Shown here piece by piece: positions 51,388 through 60,795 of a stretch of DNA of 64,000 bases (within the stretch, counting starts at the first letter, position 1; every line of letters starts with the position of its first letter). The notes beneath the pieces were generated by a model. That model was given only the letters and a program-made list of their open reading frames with translations. It did no database searches and was not told the DNA's origin. The stretch covers positions 92,504-156,503 of the forward strand of contig DAIDIE010000021.1 in assembly GCA_027459505.1 (NCBI GenBank). Direction: 5' to 3'. The translations under genes were made by a program, and so were the position numbers. The stretch is from Acidobacteriota bacterium (GTDB taxonomy: Bacteria; Acidobacteriota; Terriglobia; Terriglobales; SCQP01).

Positions 51388-51771
51388 CTATTTCGCCTGG
51401 TCGGCTGTCTCGCTTGCCCGGAGACTGATGTAATCAAGAGGGTAGTTCTTGTAAGTCATCGCATTGTAAAGGCTGAACTCCTCGTCTGACGCAATGTCAC
51501 ACTTCACGAGTTCTACGCCTTTCCAAATGTTCTGAACCCGGTATTTTGTCGTCAGCTTTGTTGTGATCTTTTCGGCTGCCTGCTCGGCTATTTCGCGAGA
51601 CCCCTCAATGAGGTGATCGTGGACGACAACAAAAAACAACTCGTAAGGCTCCTCAGAATTCTCGATCTCGCGGTCAGGCTCGAAGTACAGAAAGAATCCA
51701 ATGATCGCGCTCGGATTCTTCTTGCCAAGGCTCTGCAGGACATCCCGAAGAGGCGAGAGGTAACGTTGCAA
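51388..51771 (-). CDS. Low-GC orphan ORF of unknown function (TTG start or 5'-truncated)
   Basis: 127-aa ORF, visibly AT-richer than its surroundings. The only in-frame start is TTG at 51771, and the frame stays open a further 16 codons upstream into GC-rich repeat DNA. I recognise no motif. Confidence 0.45.
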   Translation of the reverse strand: MQRYLSPLRDVLQSLGKKNPSAIIGFFLYFEPDREIENSEEPYELFFVVVHDHLIEGSREIAEQAAEKITTKLTTKYRVQNIWKGVELVKCDIASDEEFSLYNAMTYKNYPLDYISLRASETADQAK

Positions 51772-52057
51772 CGTGTCCGGGAACGCAGACCGGCGGGTGG
51801 CCCAGGTCTTGGGAATGAATTATTTAGCTGAGGGTGCCCCCGGTCCCTCGCACTTGGGGACCGGGGTGGGAATTCGGGCGGGTGGGCAGGTGGCCCGGTC
51901 ATCCCAATCGCATCTCCCCGTGCTGTGCCCCGGTCATCGCGCTTTTTGCGATGAGCGGGCGCTAGCCCCGCCTTCCTGGCCGGCACCCGCCCGCCGCCAC
52001 CCCGCGCGTTCATCCCAACTGTTCTTAACTATTGTTATACTTGGGCAGGAGGTCCCC

Positions 52058-52336
52058 ATGACCACCCTCACCATCTCCCTCCCCGACTCCCTCCGGGAGT
52101 TCATCGAACGCGAGGTCGAAACCAAGGGCTATGGCAACGTGAGCGAGTACGTTCGCGGCCTTCTGCGCCAGGCCCAGGAGCGCGAGGCCGCCCAGCGCCT
52201 CGAAACCCTGCTCCTCGAGGGGCTCGCATCCGGCAAAGTTGAGACGACACCGGAGTTCTGGCGCGACCTGCGCCGCGATGCCGCTACAATGCTGGCGAGG
52301 CATAAGCAGCCTCGAAAGTCCCGCTCCCGCAAGTGA
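52058..52336 (+). CDS. parD: ParD/CopG-type ribbon-helix-helix antitoxin
   Basis: ATG at 52058 preceded by AGGAGG: MTTLTISLPDSLREFIEREVETKGYGNVSEYVRGLLRQAQEREAAQRLETLLLEGL. Confidence 0.85.
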   Translation: MTTLTISLPDSLREFIEREVETKGYGNVSEYVRGLLRQAQEREAAQRLETLLLEGLASGKVETTPEFWRDLRRDAATMLARHKQPRKSRSRK

Positions 52337-52659
52337 ACGTCCACATTCGCACGATCGCCCGCGAAGACATCCTCCGCCAATACCGCTGGTATCTCGACGA
52401 ATCCGGCCCTGAACTCGCCGAAAGATTCCTCAATGCAATCGAAGCGGCCATCGAAACCCTCCGTCGGCGTCCCGATATTGGCGCACCGCAACCCTTCCAG
52501 AATCCACTCCTCGCCGGTCTGCCCAGCTGGCCGGTCCCCGGCTTTACCATCATCCGCGTTTATTACCTTCGCGCCGCCGGCAGCATCCTTGTCGTCCGTG
52601 TCCTCCACGGCAAACGCGACATCCACTCCATCCTGGAGGGAGACCAGGAGGGCGAGTAG
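52333..52659 (+). CDS. parE: ParE/RelE-family toxin
   Basis: 108-aa ORF with a GTGA overlap with parD: IAREDILRQYRWYLDESGPELAERFLNAIEAAIETL...IIRVYYLRAAGSILVVRVLHGKRD. Confidence 0.85.
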   Translation: MNVHIRTIAREDILRQYRWYLDESGPELAERFLNAIEAAIETLRRRPDIGAPQPFQNPLLAGLPSWPVPGFTIIRVYYLRAAGSILVVRVLHGKRDIHSILEGDQEGE

Positions 52660-52966
52660 CAGGCGCCCAGGCCCGCCCCAAGCTCGACGAAGGGGCCCCT
52701 CGCCCTCGGGGACCGGGGCGGCGACGCCTTCTACTCCCTGCTCCCTCATCACACCCTCCCGTACCCGCCATCACATACCGCCATCCCCACCGGATCTATC
52801 TTGAATACACCTGAGCCCGCAGGTAGGGGTAAGTGTTTCCCCGAAAACACCTGCCCAGCAAAAAAGCAAGGACCCCACCCCCCTATGGTTCGCAACCTCT
52901 TCGCCCCACAACCCACCTCCGCCGACGGCCTCCCCTCCCGGCTGCAAATCCGCCGCCCCTCCCCGC

Positions 52967-53032
52967 AAGGATTCCTTACGCTTTCAATTTCTCCGAAACC
53001 GTTAGGACATGCATTTTGTAAGGATTCCTTAC
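52967..53032. promoter_or_regulatory. Pair of palindromic operator-like sites AAGGATTCCTT(AC), 53 bp centre to centre
   Basis: AAGGATTCCTTAC occurs at 52967-52979 and again at 53020-53032. The second copy extends to a perfect 7-1-7 palindrome, GTAAGGA-T-TCCTTAC. The sites lie about 290-350 nt upstream of the GGDEF-EAL gene start. Confidence 0.5.
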
Positions 53033-53318
53033 TGCCGGCCGAAATCCGCGCCGCTAAATCCAGCAGAATCAACACCGGTTTTTCTCGGAGACGAGACGAA
53101 CCCCACTCAACGACGCGGCTTCTATTTTCGAAAAAGCTCCTTGTTTCCTTACCGCCGCCAAAAACCGGGCCCGGAACCGCCGCCCTGCGGTCCCCAAATC
53201 GTGTGATTTACCTGCCCGTTTCCGGGGTGTAACCTGATCGGAGTCCACCGAAGTTAATTTGGCGGCCGTTGTGCGACATTTCCCGAGGATCGGGGTCACA
53301 ATAGGCCATGGGGCAGGG

Positions 53319-56300
53319 ATGAGGCACAGAACCCGGGGGAAGACGTTTCCATTTTGGGCGGCCTCTGTCCGCAAATCGTATCTGACGTGGTGCTGCGGAC
53401 TGCTGGCCCTCGTTGCAACGCTGGTTCTCTCCCCGGCCATCCGCGCGGCCACACCGCAAACGCTCCATTCCATCGCAGCCATCCGCCACGTTGCGCCATC
53501 GCCCGGCGCCCCGCCCATCCCCATCCATGTCCGCGCCGTCGTCACTTATTTCGACACCGTCGCGCCCAATCTCTTCGTGCAGGATCACAGCGGCGGCATC
53601 TGGGTGGATCTGCGCGGCAACAAGCTCACGCCACCTCGTCCCGGGCAGCTTCTCGACATCGAGGGCACCGTCGGCGCAGGCTTTGCCCCCTACATTGCAA
53701 ATCCCCGCTGGAAGGTCCTCGGCAACGCGCCGCTTCCCACGCCCACACGGCTGACCTACGCGCAGGCATCCACCGGCCATTACGACAGCCAGTGGGTGGA
53801 GATGGACGGAGTGGTCCGCTCCTTTGTGCAGGAGGTCGAAGGCAACGTGCTGGTGATGGACGTGGTCACCGGGACCGGCAGCTTCAAGGTGCGCGTCCCT
53901 GGCTATCGCGCTCGCTTCCCGATGTACCTAGTGGATGCCAGCGTGCGGTTCCGCGGCGTCTGCGGAAGCTCGTTCAACAGCAGGGATCAGCTCGTCGCGA
54001 TGCATTTGATGATGCCGTCTCTGGACGACCTGAAGATCCTGAAGCCGGCGCCGGCCGATCCGTTTTCAATGCCCGTCTCGCCCATTAACAGCATTCGGCG
54101 ATTCAGCGCGGATGCCTCTGACGTGCACCGCGTTAAGGTCGAGGGGATTGTCACGGCACGATTTCCAGGCAGGGGCCTCTATCTGGCCGATTCCACGGGC
54201 GGAGTCTATGTAGAGTCGCAAGACGGGGCGGCAGTGAAGCCGGGCGACGGAGCGACGGTGATTGGCTTTCCTGCCGCGGGGCCTTACAGCCCCATCCTCC
54301 GATCAGGCAGTATCAAGTCAACGTTCCACCATGTGCTGCTGAAGCCGGTCAGCATTCATGCCGCGCAGGCGCTGCACGGTGCATTCGATGCGCAGCTTGT
54401 CAGCATCCAGGGCACGGTCCATGCCCAATATGCGGAACAGGGGGATCAGGTGCTGGCGCTGCAGTCGTCCAGCGGCATCCCGTTTGAAGCCTCGCTTGCA
54501 CAGGGCCTGTCCGGCACGTTGCAGATCGTCCCGGACAGCGTAGTACGGCTGACTGGAATCTGCTCGGTAAAGGCGGACGACAACGGAAACCCCTCTGAAT
54601 TCCGCATCATTCTGCGATCTCCCGCTGACGTTCAAGTCATCTCCGCGCCGCCGTGGCTCACCTCGCGGCGCGCCCTGCCCCTGCTGGCATCGCTGGCGCT
54701 GCTCACCATCGCCGTAATTGTCTGGGTGGTTCTGCTGCGCCGGCGCGTTGCAAAGCAGACGCAAATGATTCATGCGCGTCTCAAGTCCGAGGCAGCGCTT
54801 GAAGAGCGCTACCGCCGCGTCTTCGAGCGCAATATTGCCGGCCTCTATATCGCCGATGCGGAGGGCCGCATCCTTGATTGCAACGAGGCGTGCGCGCGCA
54901 TTCTTGGATTTCCCAACCGCGACGCCCTGCTGGAGAAGCGGGAGCAGGTGCGCGGTGTCATCCGACAGTTCTGGGAGAATCAGCCGGCAGGCGATCCGAT
55001 CGGCAGTTCCGAGCAACGCTTCCAGCGCCACGACGGCGCGTGGGCGTGGGCGCTGGCCAACGCGCGACAGGTTGCGGGCGGTCATATCGAAGGCGCGGTG
55101 CTCGACATCACGGACCGCAAGCTCGCCGACGAGCAGGTCAAGTTTCTGGCTTACTACGATTCCCTTACCGGTCTACCGAATCGCGCGCTGCTGCAGGACC
55201 GGCTGTCACAAGCCCTCGCGGCCTCGCGCCGGAATCACGAGAAGGTAGCGGTCCTGTTCCTCGACCTGGACCGCTTCAAGAACATCAACGATTCGCTCGG
55301 CCACTCCCACGGCGACCATCTGCTGCAGAAAGTGGCGCGGCGCCTGGAGCTCTGCGCGCGTGAAGAGGATACCGTGTGCCGGCTCGGCGGGGACGAGTTT
55401 GTGATCGTGCTCAAATCGATCGCCTGCTCCGCCGATGCAGCCCGTGTTGCCGAAAGGATTTGCCATGATATCGCCGCAGTTTTCAAAGTCCTGGGCCAGA
55501 GTCTCAATGTAAGCTGCAGCATCGGCATCAGCCTCTCTCCCGAGCACGGGAACAACGCAGAGGCCCTGATCAAGAACGCCGACGCCGCGATGTATCGGGC
55601 GAAAGAGGAAGGTCGCAATACCCACCGCTTCTTCACAGAGGAGTTGACCACGCGCGCCACGGAGCGCCTGATCCTCGAGAGCAGCCTGCGTTGCGCGCTC
55701 CAGGAAAATCAGTTCTCCCTCCGGTTCCAGCCAGAGTTGGATCTTGGCTCGGGGGCGATCATCTGCTGTGAGGCTCTGCTGCGCTGGAATCACCCTGTAT
55801 TGGGGCCGGTTTCTCCGGATCGCTTTATCCCCATCGCGGAGTCCACGGGCATCATCGTGCAGATCGGGGAATGGGTTTTGAGCGCCGCTTGCCGCCAGGC
55901 GAAGAAGTGGCACCAGGAAAGCCAGATCGCCCTTCCCGTCGCAGTGAACGTCTCGGCGGTGCAGTTGAATCACCCGGGATTCTGCGCCACTCTCGAGCGC
56001 ATTCTTGAGGAAACGGGTCTCGACGCAAAGTACCTGGAGATCGAGCTCACGGAAAGCGTTCTTCTCGACCATCAGGATCTCACGTTCCAGGTGTTCCGCG
56101 ATCTAAAGGCTCTGGGCGTTAGCATCGCGATCGATGACTTTGGGACCGGTTACTCCAGCCTGAGTTATCTTAAGCAGTTCCCTGTTCGTAAGCTCAAGAT
56201 CGATCGCAGCTTCATCCGCGAGATCGACACAGATGCCGACAACGCCGCCATCACCGCGGCGGTTATCCACATGGCAAAGTGCCTCCAGATTGAGGCGGTT

Positions 56301-56555
56301 GCCGAAGGCGTGGAGACGCAGGCGCAACTCTCGCGCCTGCGCGGCATGGCTTGCGACCACGTGCAGGGATTCCTGCTAGGAGAGCCGATGCTCGGCGATC
56401 TTATCCCGTGCCGGGTGCGCGAAAGCGGCTCCTTTGCATGCGTGGAGACGTTGCAGCGCCCGCCTGCCGCTGCTCCATCACAAGCCGCCCAGTCGCGCCG
56501 TGCCGCCGACGAGCGTGTCGATGGTCCCCTGAAGACGATTCCCGAAACCGCCTGA
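53319..56555 (+). CDS. Membrane GGDEF-EAL protein with large N-terminal extracytoplasmic domain and PAS domain
   Basis: Trimmed to the ATG at 53319 (MRHRTRGKTFPFWAASVRKSYLTWCCGLLALVATLVL). A second TM segment is LPLLASLALLTIAVIVWVVLL. A PAS segment follows, then GGDEF (YDSLTGLPNR...RLGGDEFVIV) and EAL (ICCEALLRWNHP...DDFGTGYSSLSYL). Confidence 0.9.
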   Translation: MRHRTRGKTFPFWAASVRKSYLTWCCGLLALVATLVLSPAIRAATPQTLHSIAAIRHVAPSPGAPPIPIHVRAVVTYFDTVAPNLFVQDHSGGIWVDLRGNKLTPPRPGQLLDIEGTVGAGFAPYIANPRWKVLGNAPLPTPTRLTYAQASTGHYDSQWVEMDGVVRSFVQEVEGNVLVMDVVTGTGSFKVRVPGYRARFPMYLVDASVRFRGVCGSSFNSRDQLVAMHLMMPSLDDLKILKPAPADPFSMPVSPINSIRRFSADASDVHRVKVEGIVTARFPGRGLYLADSTGGVYVESQDGAAVKPGDGATVIGFPAAGPYSPILRSGSIKSTFHHVLLKPVSIHAAQALHGAFDAQLVSIQGTVHAQYAEQGDQVLALQSSSGIPFEASLAQGLSGTLQIVPDSVVRLTGICSVKADDNGNPSEFRIILRSPADVQVISAPPWLTSRRALPLLASLALLTIAVIVWVVLLRRRVAKQTQMIHARLKSEAALEERYRRVFERNIAGLYIADAEGRILDCNEACARILGFPNRDALLEKREQVRGVIRQFWENQPAGDPIGSSEQRFQRHDGAWAWALANARQVAGGHIEGAVLDITDRKLADEQVKFLAYYDSLTGLPNRALLQDRLSQALAASRRNHEKVAVLFLDLDRFKNINDSLGHSHGDHLLQKVARRLELCAREEDTVCRLGGDEFVIVLKSIACSADAARVAERICHDIAAVFKVLGQSLNVSCSIGISLSPEHGNNAEALIKNADAAMYRAKEEGRNTHRFFTEELTTRATERLILESSLRCALQENQFSLRFQPELDLGSGAIICCEALLRWNHPVLGPVSPDRFIPIAESTGIIVQIGEWVLSAACRQAKKWHQESQIALPVAVNVSAVQLNHPGFCATLERILEETGLDAKYLEIELTESVLLDHQDLTFQVFRDLKALGVSIAIDDFGTGYSSLSYLKQFPVRKLKIDRSFIREIDTDADNAAITAAVIHMAKCLQIEAVAEGVETQAQLSRLRGMACDHVQGFLLGEPMLGDLIPCRVRESGSFACVETLQRPPAAAPSQAAQSRRAADERVDGPLKTIPETA

Positions 56556-56592
56556 CACTTCATCCGGGCGTCGAAAGTGGACAATAGATCTC

Positions 56593-56973
56593 ATGTTCGA
56601 TTTCCTGCGCGGAATCGTTGTCCTGCTGGCTTTCTTTTTCGGCGGTTCATGGCTGCATCGCTGGGGTGTTCCAATCCCGGGCGGCGTGCTGGGCTTGCTG
56701 CTGTTCTACTTCGCCATGGTGACCGGCGTTCTCAAGCTTCGCTGGGTGGAAAGCGCGGCAGATTTCCTTCTCCGTCACATGGTCCTGCTTTTTGTCCCGC
56801 TGACGGTGGGGCTCATGGACCTGGGCCCCCTGCTGTCGCGCCAGGCGGCGGCGATCCTGGCAAGTCTCGTCGTGAGCTTTATCGCCGTTCTTTTCACCGC
56901 GGGCCTGCTGGCGCGCTGGCTTCTCGCCGATGTGCCGGCCGAGGAATGCGCAGCAACGGAGCCGCTGCCGTGA
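56593..56973 (+). CDS. lrgA: CidA/LrgA-family holin-like membrane protein
   Basis: 126-aa ORF: MFDFLRGIVVLLAFFFGGSWL...IPGGVLGLLLFYFAMVTG...LLFVPLTVGL. Confidence 0.8.
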   Translation: MFDFLRGIVVLLAFFFGGSWLHRWGVPIPGGVLGLLLFYFAMVTGVLKLRWVESAADFLLRHMVLLFVPLTVGLMDLGPLLSRQAAAILASLVVSFIAVLFTAGLLARWLLADVPAEECAATEPLP

Positions 56974-57659
56974 TCCGTTCCCTGCTCGCCAGTCCCGCTG
57001 TCAGCGTGGCCCTCAGCATCGCGTTTTATGGGATTGCGCTGGCCCTGCATCGCCGCTGGCGGGCATTGCCACCGATCATCGTGGCGAGTATTCCGATCGT
57101 CGCCCTACTGCTAATAACAAATGAGTCCTACCGGATCTACAACCGAGGTGGCGACCTGCTCACCTGGTGGCTGGGGCCCGCTACGGTTGCGCTGGCCGTT
57201 CCCATGTATCGCAACGGGCTTGCGCTCCGCCGCTCGCTGCCGCGGCTGGGGATTATCGTGTTCTGCGCTGCGCTCGTCGGCATGATCACCGCCGGCGTCG
57301 TGGCGTGGCTGCTGGGAGCACCCCGCGCCGTGGTCATGTCGGCAATTCCAAAATCCGTGACCACCCCGATTGCCGTCGAAGTATGCCAGGAACTGCACGG
57401 GATTCCACAGATCACAGTAGGCATGGTCATCCTCGCGGGTATTCTCGGCGCCAGCCTGGGGCAACTCTTATTGCGGCTCATCAGGGTGAGAGACGACCGC
57501 GCCATTGGCGCCGCAATCGGCAGCGCCTCGCACGGCATCGGCACCGCCAGCCTGGTTCGCCACTCGGAGATGCAGACCAGTGTTTCCTCCTGGGCGATGG
57601 CTGCATGTGGTGTGTTCACGTCGCTGCTGGCGGCGATCTTATCGCTGTATCTTCGGTGA
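56970..57659 (+). CDS. lrgB: LrgB-family membrane protein
   Basis: Lies in the frame of ORF 56577..57659. I place the start at GTG 56970 (GTGA overlap with the lrgA stop); ATG 56946 is an alternative. Sequence: LGPATVALAVPMY...AIPKSVTTPIAVEV...GAAIGSASHGIGTA. Confidence 0.75.
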   Translation: MIRSLLASPAVSVALSIAFYGIALALHRRWRALPPIIVASIPIVALLLITNESYRIYNRGGDLLTWWLGPATVALAVPMYRNGLALRRSLPRLGIIVFCAALVGMITAGVVAWLLGAPRAVVMSAIPKSVTTPIAVEVCQELHGIPQITVGMVILAGILGASLGQLLLRLIRVRDDRAIGAAIGSASHGIGTASLVRHSEMQTSVSSWAMAACGVFTSLLAAILSLYLR

Positions 57660-57768
57660 GACGAGCAACTGAAAATCAGCCGTGCCGCATGCGCGAAACC
57701 TTACACTGGGATTTGACTATCTGGAGCAAAACGGCACCCAGGCGGCGACTCGCATCAAGGGGTAAGTT

Positions 57769-59355
57769 GTGAGCACCACAGCCACCGCCGAGCATGCCCT
57801 GTGGAAGCCTGCGGCCAATCCATGGGCCATCGCCATCTCCGTCATGACCGCCACGTTCATGGTGGTTCTGGACTCGTCCGTGGCCAACGTGGCTTTGCCG
57901 CATATTGCCGGGAATCTCTCCGCCTCCACCGACGAAGCCACATGGGTCCTGACCAGCTACCTGGTGTCGAACGCCATCATGCTGCCTGCCACAAGCTGGA
58001 TCACGCGCCGTATGGGCCGCAAGCGCCTGCTCATGCTCTCGATCATGATCTTCACCGGAGCGTCGATGCTGTGCGGCGCAGCCATCAACATGCCGATGCT
58101 GATCGTGGCGCGCATCTTCCAGGGCATCGGCGGCGGGGGCATGCAGCCTCTTTCGCAGGCGATCCTGCTGGAGAGCTTTCCGCCCACCGAGCACGGCAAG
58201 GCCATGGCGGTCTACGGAACGGGCATTGTGGTGGCGCCCGTGATCGGGCCCACGCTGGGCGGCTGGATCACTGACAGCTACTCCTGGCGTTGGATCTTCT
58301 ACATCAACCTGCCGGTCGGTATGCTGGCTCTGTTTCTCGCCAGCCTGTACATCGAAGATCCGCCGTATATCAAACTCGACCTGGCAGGCAAGATCGATGT
58401 CCTGGGTTTCAGCTTCATGGCTCTCTGGCTGGGCAGCCTGCAACTGACGTTGGATAAAGGTCAGGAGGCCGACTGGTTTGGCGCGGTATGGATTCGCTGG
58501 ACCGTGGCGATCTCGTTCATGGCGTTCCTAATCTTTGTGTGGCGCGAGCTCTCGATCAGGCATCCGATTGTGGAGTTGCGGGTGCTGCTCAATCGAAATT
58601 TTTCCGTCGGCACGCTCATCACGGGCCTCTATGGCGTCGTGCTCTACAGCGTGACTGCCCTTCTGCCGCTCTATTTGCAAACGCAGATGGGCTATCCCGC
58701 GCTGCAAAGTGGGCTTGCCGTGAGTCCCCGCGGCCTGGGGTCGATGGCCTCGATGATCATCGCCGGCGCGCTTGCTAACCGCGTCGAGAACCGTCTGCTG
58801 CTGATGTTCGGATTTCTTGTGCTTGGCGCGTCCACGTTGATGCTCGGGCATGTGGATCTGAGCATCGGCATGGCATCGGTGGTCTGGCCCTGCATCCTGA
58901 ATGGGTTTGCCAGCGGCTTCATCTTCGTGCCTCTTACCACCATGGCGATGGGCCGCCTGCAAAAGCAGGAGATCGGCAACGCCGCCGGCATCTACAACCT
59001 GGTCCGCAACATCGGCGGAAGTATCGGAATCGCGGTCGCCACCGCACTGCTCGTCCGCCGCAGCCAGATTCACCAGAGCTATCTCGCCGCGCATCTGACC
59101 CCCGACAGCCCGCTGGTGGGCCAGACTGCCGCGGGCATCGCAGGGTATCTGGCGCAGTCGGGCGCAAACCCGGCCAATACCCACTATGCCGCACTGGGAG
59201 CGATCCACCAACTCCTGCAGCAGCAGGCATCCCTCATGTCCTACGTGGACAACTTCCGCCTGCTTGGGTATCTTTCGCTGCTCTGCATCCCGGTGGTGTT
59301 GCTCTTCCAGGGAGTGCGGCGCCACGCCGGCCGGACCATTTCCATCGAGGAATAG
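57769..59355 (+). CDS. MFS transporter, DHA2 (EmrB/QacA) drug-efflux family, 14-TM type
   Basis: 528-aa ORF: FMVVLDSSVANVALPHIAGNLSAS...WVLTSYLVSNAIMLPATSWITRRMGRKR...ARIFQGIGGGGM. Confidence 0.88.
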   Translation: MSTTATAEHALWKPAANPWAIAISVMTATFMVVLDSSVANVALPHIAGNLSASTDEATWVLTSYLVSNAIMLPATSWITRRMGRKRLLMLSIMIFTGASMLCGAAINMPMLIVARIFQGIGGGGMQPLSQAILLESFPPTEHGKAMAVYGTGIVVAPVIGPTLGGWITDSYSWRWIFYINLPVGMLALFLASLYIEDPPYIKLDLAGKIDVLGFSFMALWLGSLQLTLDKGQEADWFGAVWIRWTVAISFMAFLIFVWRELSIRHPIVELRVLLNRNFSVGTLITGLYGVVLYSVTALLPLYLQTQMGYPALQSGLAVSPRGLGSMASMIIAGALANRVENRLLLMFGFLVLGASTLMLGHVDLSIGMASVVWPCILNGFASGFIFVPLTTMAMGRLQKQEIGNAAGIYNLVRNIGGSIGIAVATALLVRRSQIHQSYLAAHLTPDSPLVGQTAAGIAGYLAQSGANPANTHYAALGAIHQLLQQQASLMSYVDNFRLLGYLSLLCIPVVLLFQGVRRHAGRTISIEE

Positions 59356-59425
59356 CGTACGCACCGAACAGAATGCTGGACCCGCATGGCAGGCTGGGCC
59401 CAATGGTCCAAAAGTTGAAGTGGAT

Positions 59426-60106
59426 CTATCCCCGCACGGAGACTCCGGAGAATGACAGAACCGCCAATCCGCGAACCGGCTGCCCCCAGAAACGGGCCGG
59501 CGCGAAGACGCTCTCCAGCAGCAGATTTTCCACCTGCGAGCGCGTGGCTGGATCATTGGGTCCGGAGACAATGCGGAAATCGTACACCTGGCCGGTGTCG
59601 TTCACGTAGGCCTCCACCACCACTGGCGCAGGCAAGCGCGCCATGTCGTTGTCGCCGGTTCCCCCGAGAGAGTACAGCAGGCGCGGCGCGGTGGCCATGC
59701 CCAGAGGCTCGTCGCCCGCACTTGCAGCAGGGGGCTGCGCCATGATTCCAATGAGAACCGCCACCGTCCCGATGAGCAGCACGGCGCTGGCAAATCCGGC
59801 CGCGGCCTGCAGAACAAAGGGAGCCACCGTGTTCTGCCATGCGAGCTTAACTCCATGGAAACGCCCCTGCGATCGCCTGGCGCGCTCCTGACTTACGGCC
59901 ACGCGAATGCGCAGCAGCAGGTCCTTGGGCTCGGGTACGGACCCCAGGCCCGCCAGCGCGGACTGTGTCTCGCGCAGGGCCCTCCACTCAGCGGCACAAC
60001 GGGCGCATTCCTCCAGGTGAGCCGCTACGCGTTGCATCTCCACGCCGGTCAGCCGGCTGTCGAGATACTCGGAGAACCTTGCCCGGATCGTGCTGCAGCC
60101 ACTCAT
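59426..60106 (-). CDS. Anti-sigma factor (zf-HC2 N-terminus, one TM helix, TonB-C-like C-terminus)
   Basis: ORF 59426..60490 trimmed to the ATG at 60106 (MSGCSTIRARFSEYLDSRLTGVEMQRVAAHLEECARCAAEW). ATGA overlap with the sigma gene stop. TM segment is FVLQAAAGFASAVLLIGTVAVLIGI. Confidence 0.8.
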   Translation of the reverse strand: MSGCSTIRARFSEYLDSRLTGVEMQRVAAHLEECARCAAEWRALRETQSALAGLGSVPEPKDLLLRIRVAVSQERARRSQGRFHGVKLAWQNTVAPFVLQAAAGFASAVLLIGTVAVLIGIMAQPPAASAGDEPLGMATAPRLLYSLGGTGDNDMARLPAPVVVEAYVNDTGQVYDFRIVSGPNDPATRSQVENLLLESVFAPARFWGQPVRGLAVLSFSGVSVRG

Positions 60107-60795
60107 TGTGCCTCCTCCCCGAGGGAGAACCGGAGTTCGGGGTTGGCGGCTGCGCGCTCCTCGCGCTTCTCGCCGCTCAAACAGGACTTGAGGAACGCGC
60201 GTCCGCGTACCAGCCGCGACTTCACCGTTCCCAGGTTCACCCCTTGCATCTCCGCGACTTCTTCGTACACAAACCCCTCGATATCGCGCAGGATCAACGT
60301 GGTGCGGTACGGTTCCGGCACGCGCGCCAGAGCGGCTTCCACCCGCGCGCGATTCTCGGCGTGGACGGCGGCATCGAACGGCGATTCGGCCGGGTCCACG
60401 AGCATCTCCTTCAGCCGGATGGGCGTGGAGCTGTCGCTTTCCGCGACCTCCTGCTCGATCGGAATCTCCTGCTGCTTGTGGCGCATCCACCAGCGGCGCT
60501 GATTCGAAGCTTCCCGCAGCGCGATACGGTAAATCCAGGTGCGGAGCGAGGATTCACCATGGAAACTGCCGACTCCCCGGAAGACCTTTACAAAGACCTC
60601 CTGGGTCAAATCTGCTGCGTCCGCCCGGTCCTGGACCGTACGGGCGAGAAGCGAGTAAATGGGTTGATGATAGCGCGCGATGAGCCACGCAAACGCTTCT
60701 TCTGATCCCGCTCTGAGTTCTGCTACCAGAGCGGTTTCATCGGATTGAAGCGTGAGCGCGCTGGCAAGATTGCCCATGGTGAGATCCGCCTGCAC
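60103..60795 (-). CDS. ECF (group 4) RNA polymerase sigma factor
   Basis: 230-aa ORF: LIARYHQPIYSLLARTV.DRADAADLTQEVFVKVFRGV..F...SLRTWIYRIA (region 2) and PEPYRTTLILRDIEGFVYEEVAEMQGVNLGTVKSRLVRGR (region 4). Confidence 0.9.
   Translation of the reverse strand: MQADLTMGNLASALTLQSDETALVAELRAGSEEAFAWLIARYHQPIYSLLARTVQDRADAADLTQEVFVKVFRGVGSFHGESSLRTWIYRIALREASNQRRWWMRHKQQEIPIEQEVAESDSSTPIRLKEMLVDPAESPFDAAVHAENRARVEAALARVPEPYRTTLILRDIEGFVYEEVAEMQGVNLGTVKSRLVRGRAFLKSCLSGEKREERAAANPELRFSLGEEAQ

Noticed and set aside
51838-52718. Integron gene cassette (attC sites) around parDE
   Set aside because: I found no RYYYAAC/GTTRRRY core sites at the repeat positions and no intI gene in the window. The repeats are direct rather than the imperfect inverted structure of attC.
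60107-60490. Long form of the anti-sigma ORF (354 aa starting at 60490)
   Set aside because: The first 128 codons overlap the ECF sigma gene out of frame and are Arg/Gly/Ala-rich. The ATG at 60106 overlaps the sigma stop (ATGA) and yields the canonical zf-HC2 N-terminus.
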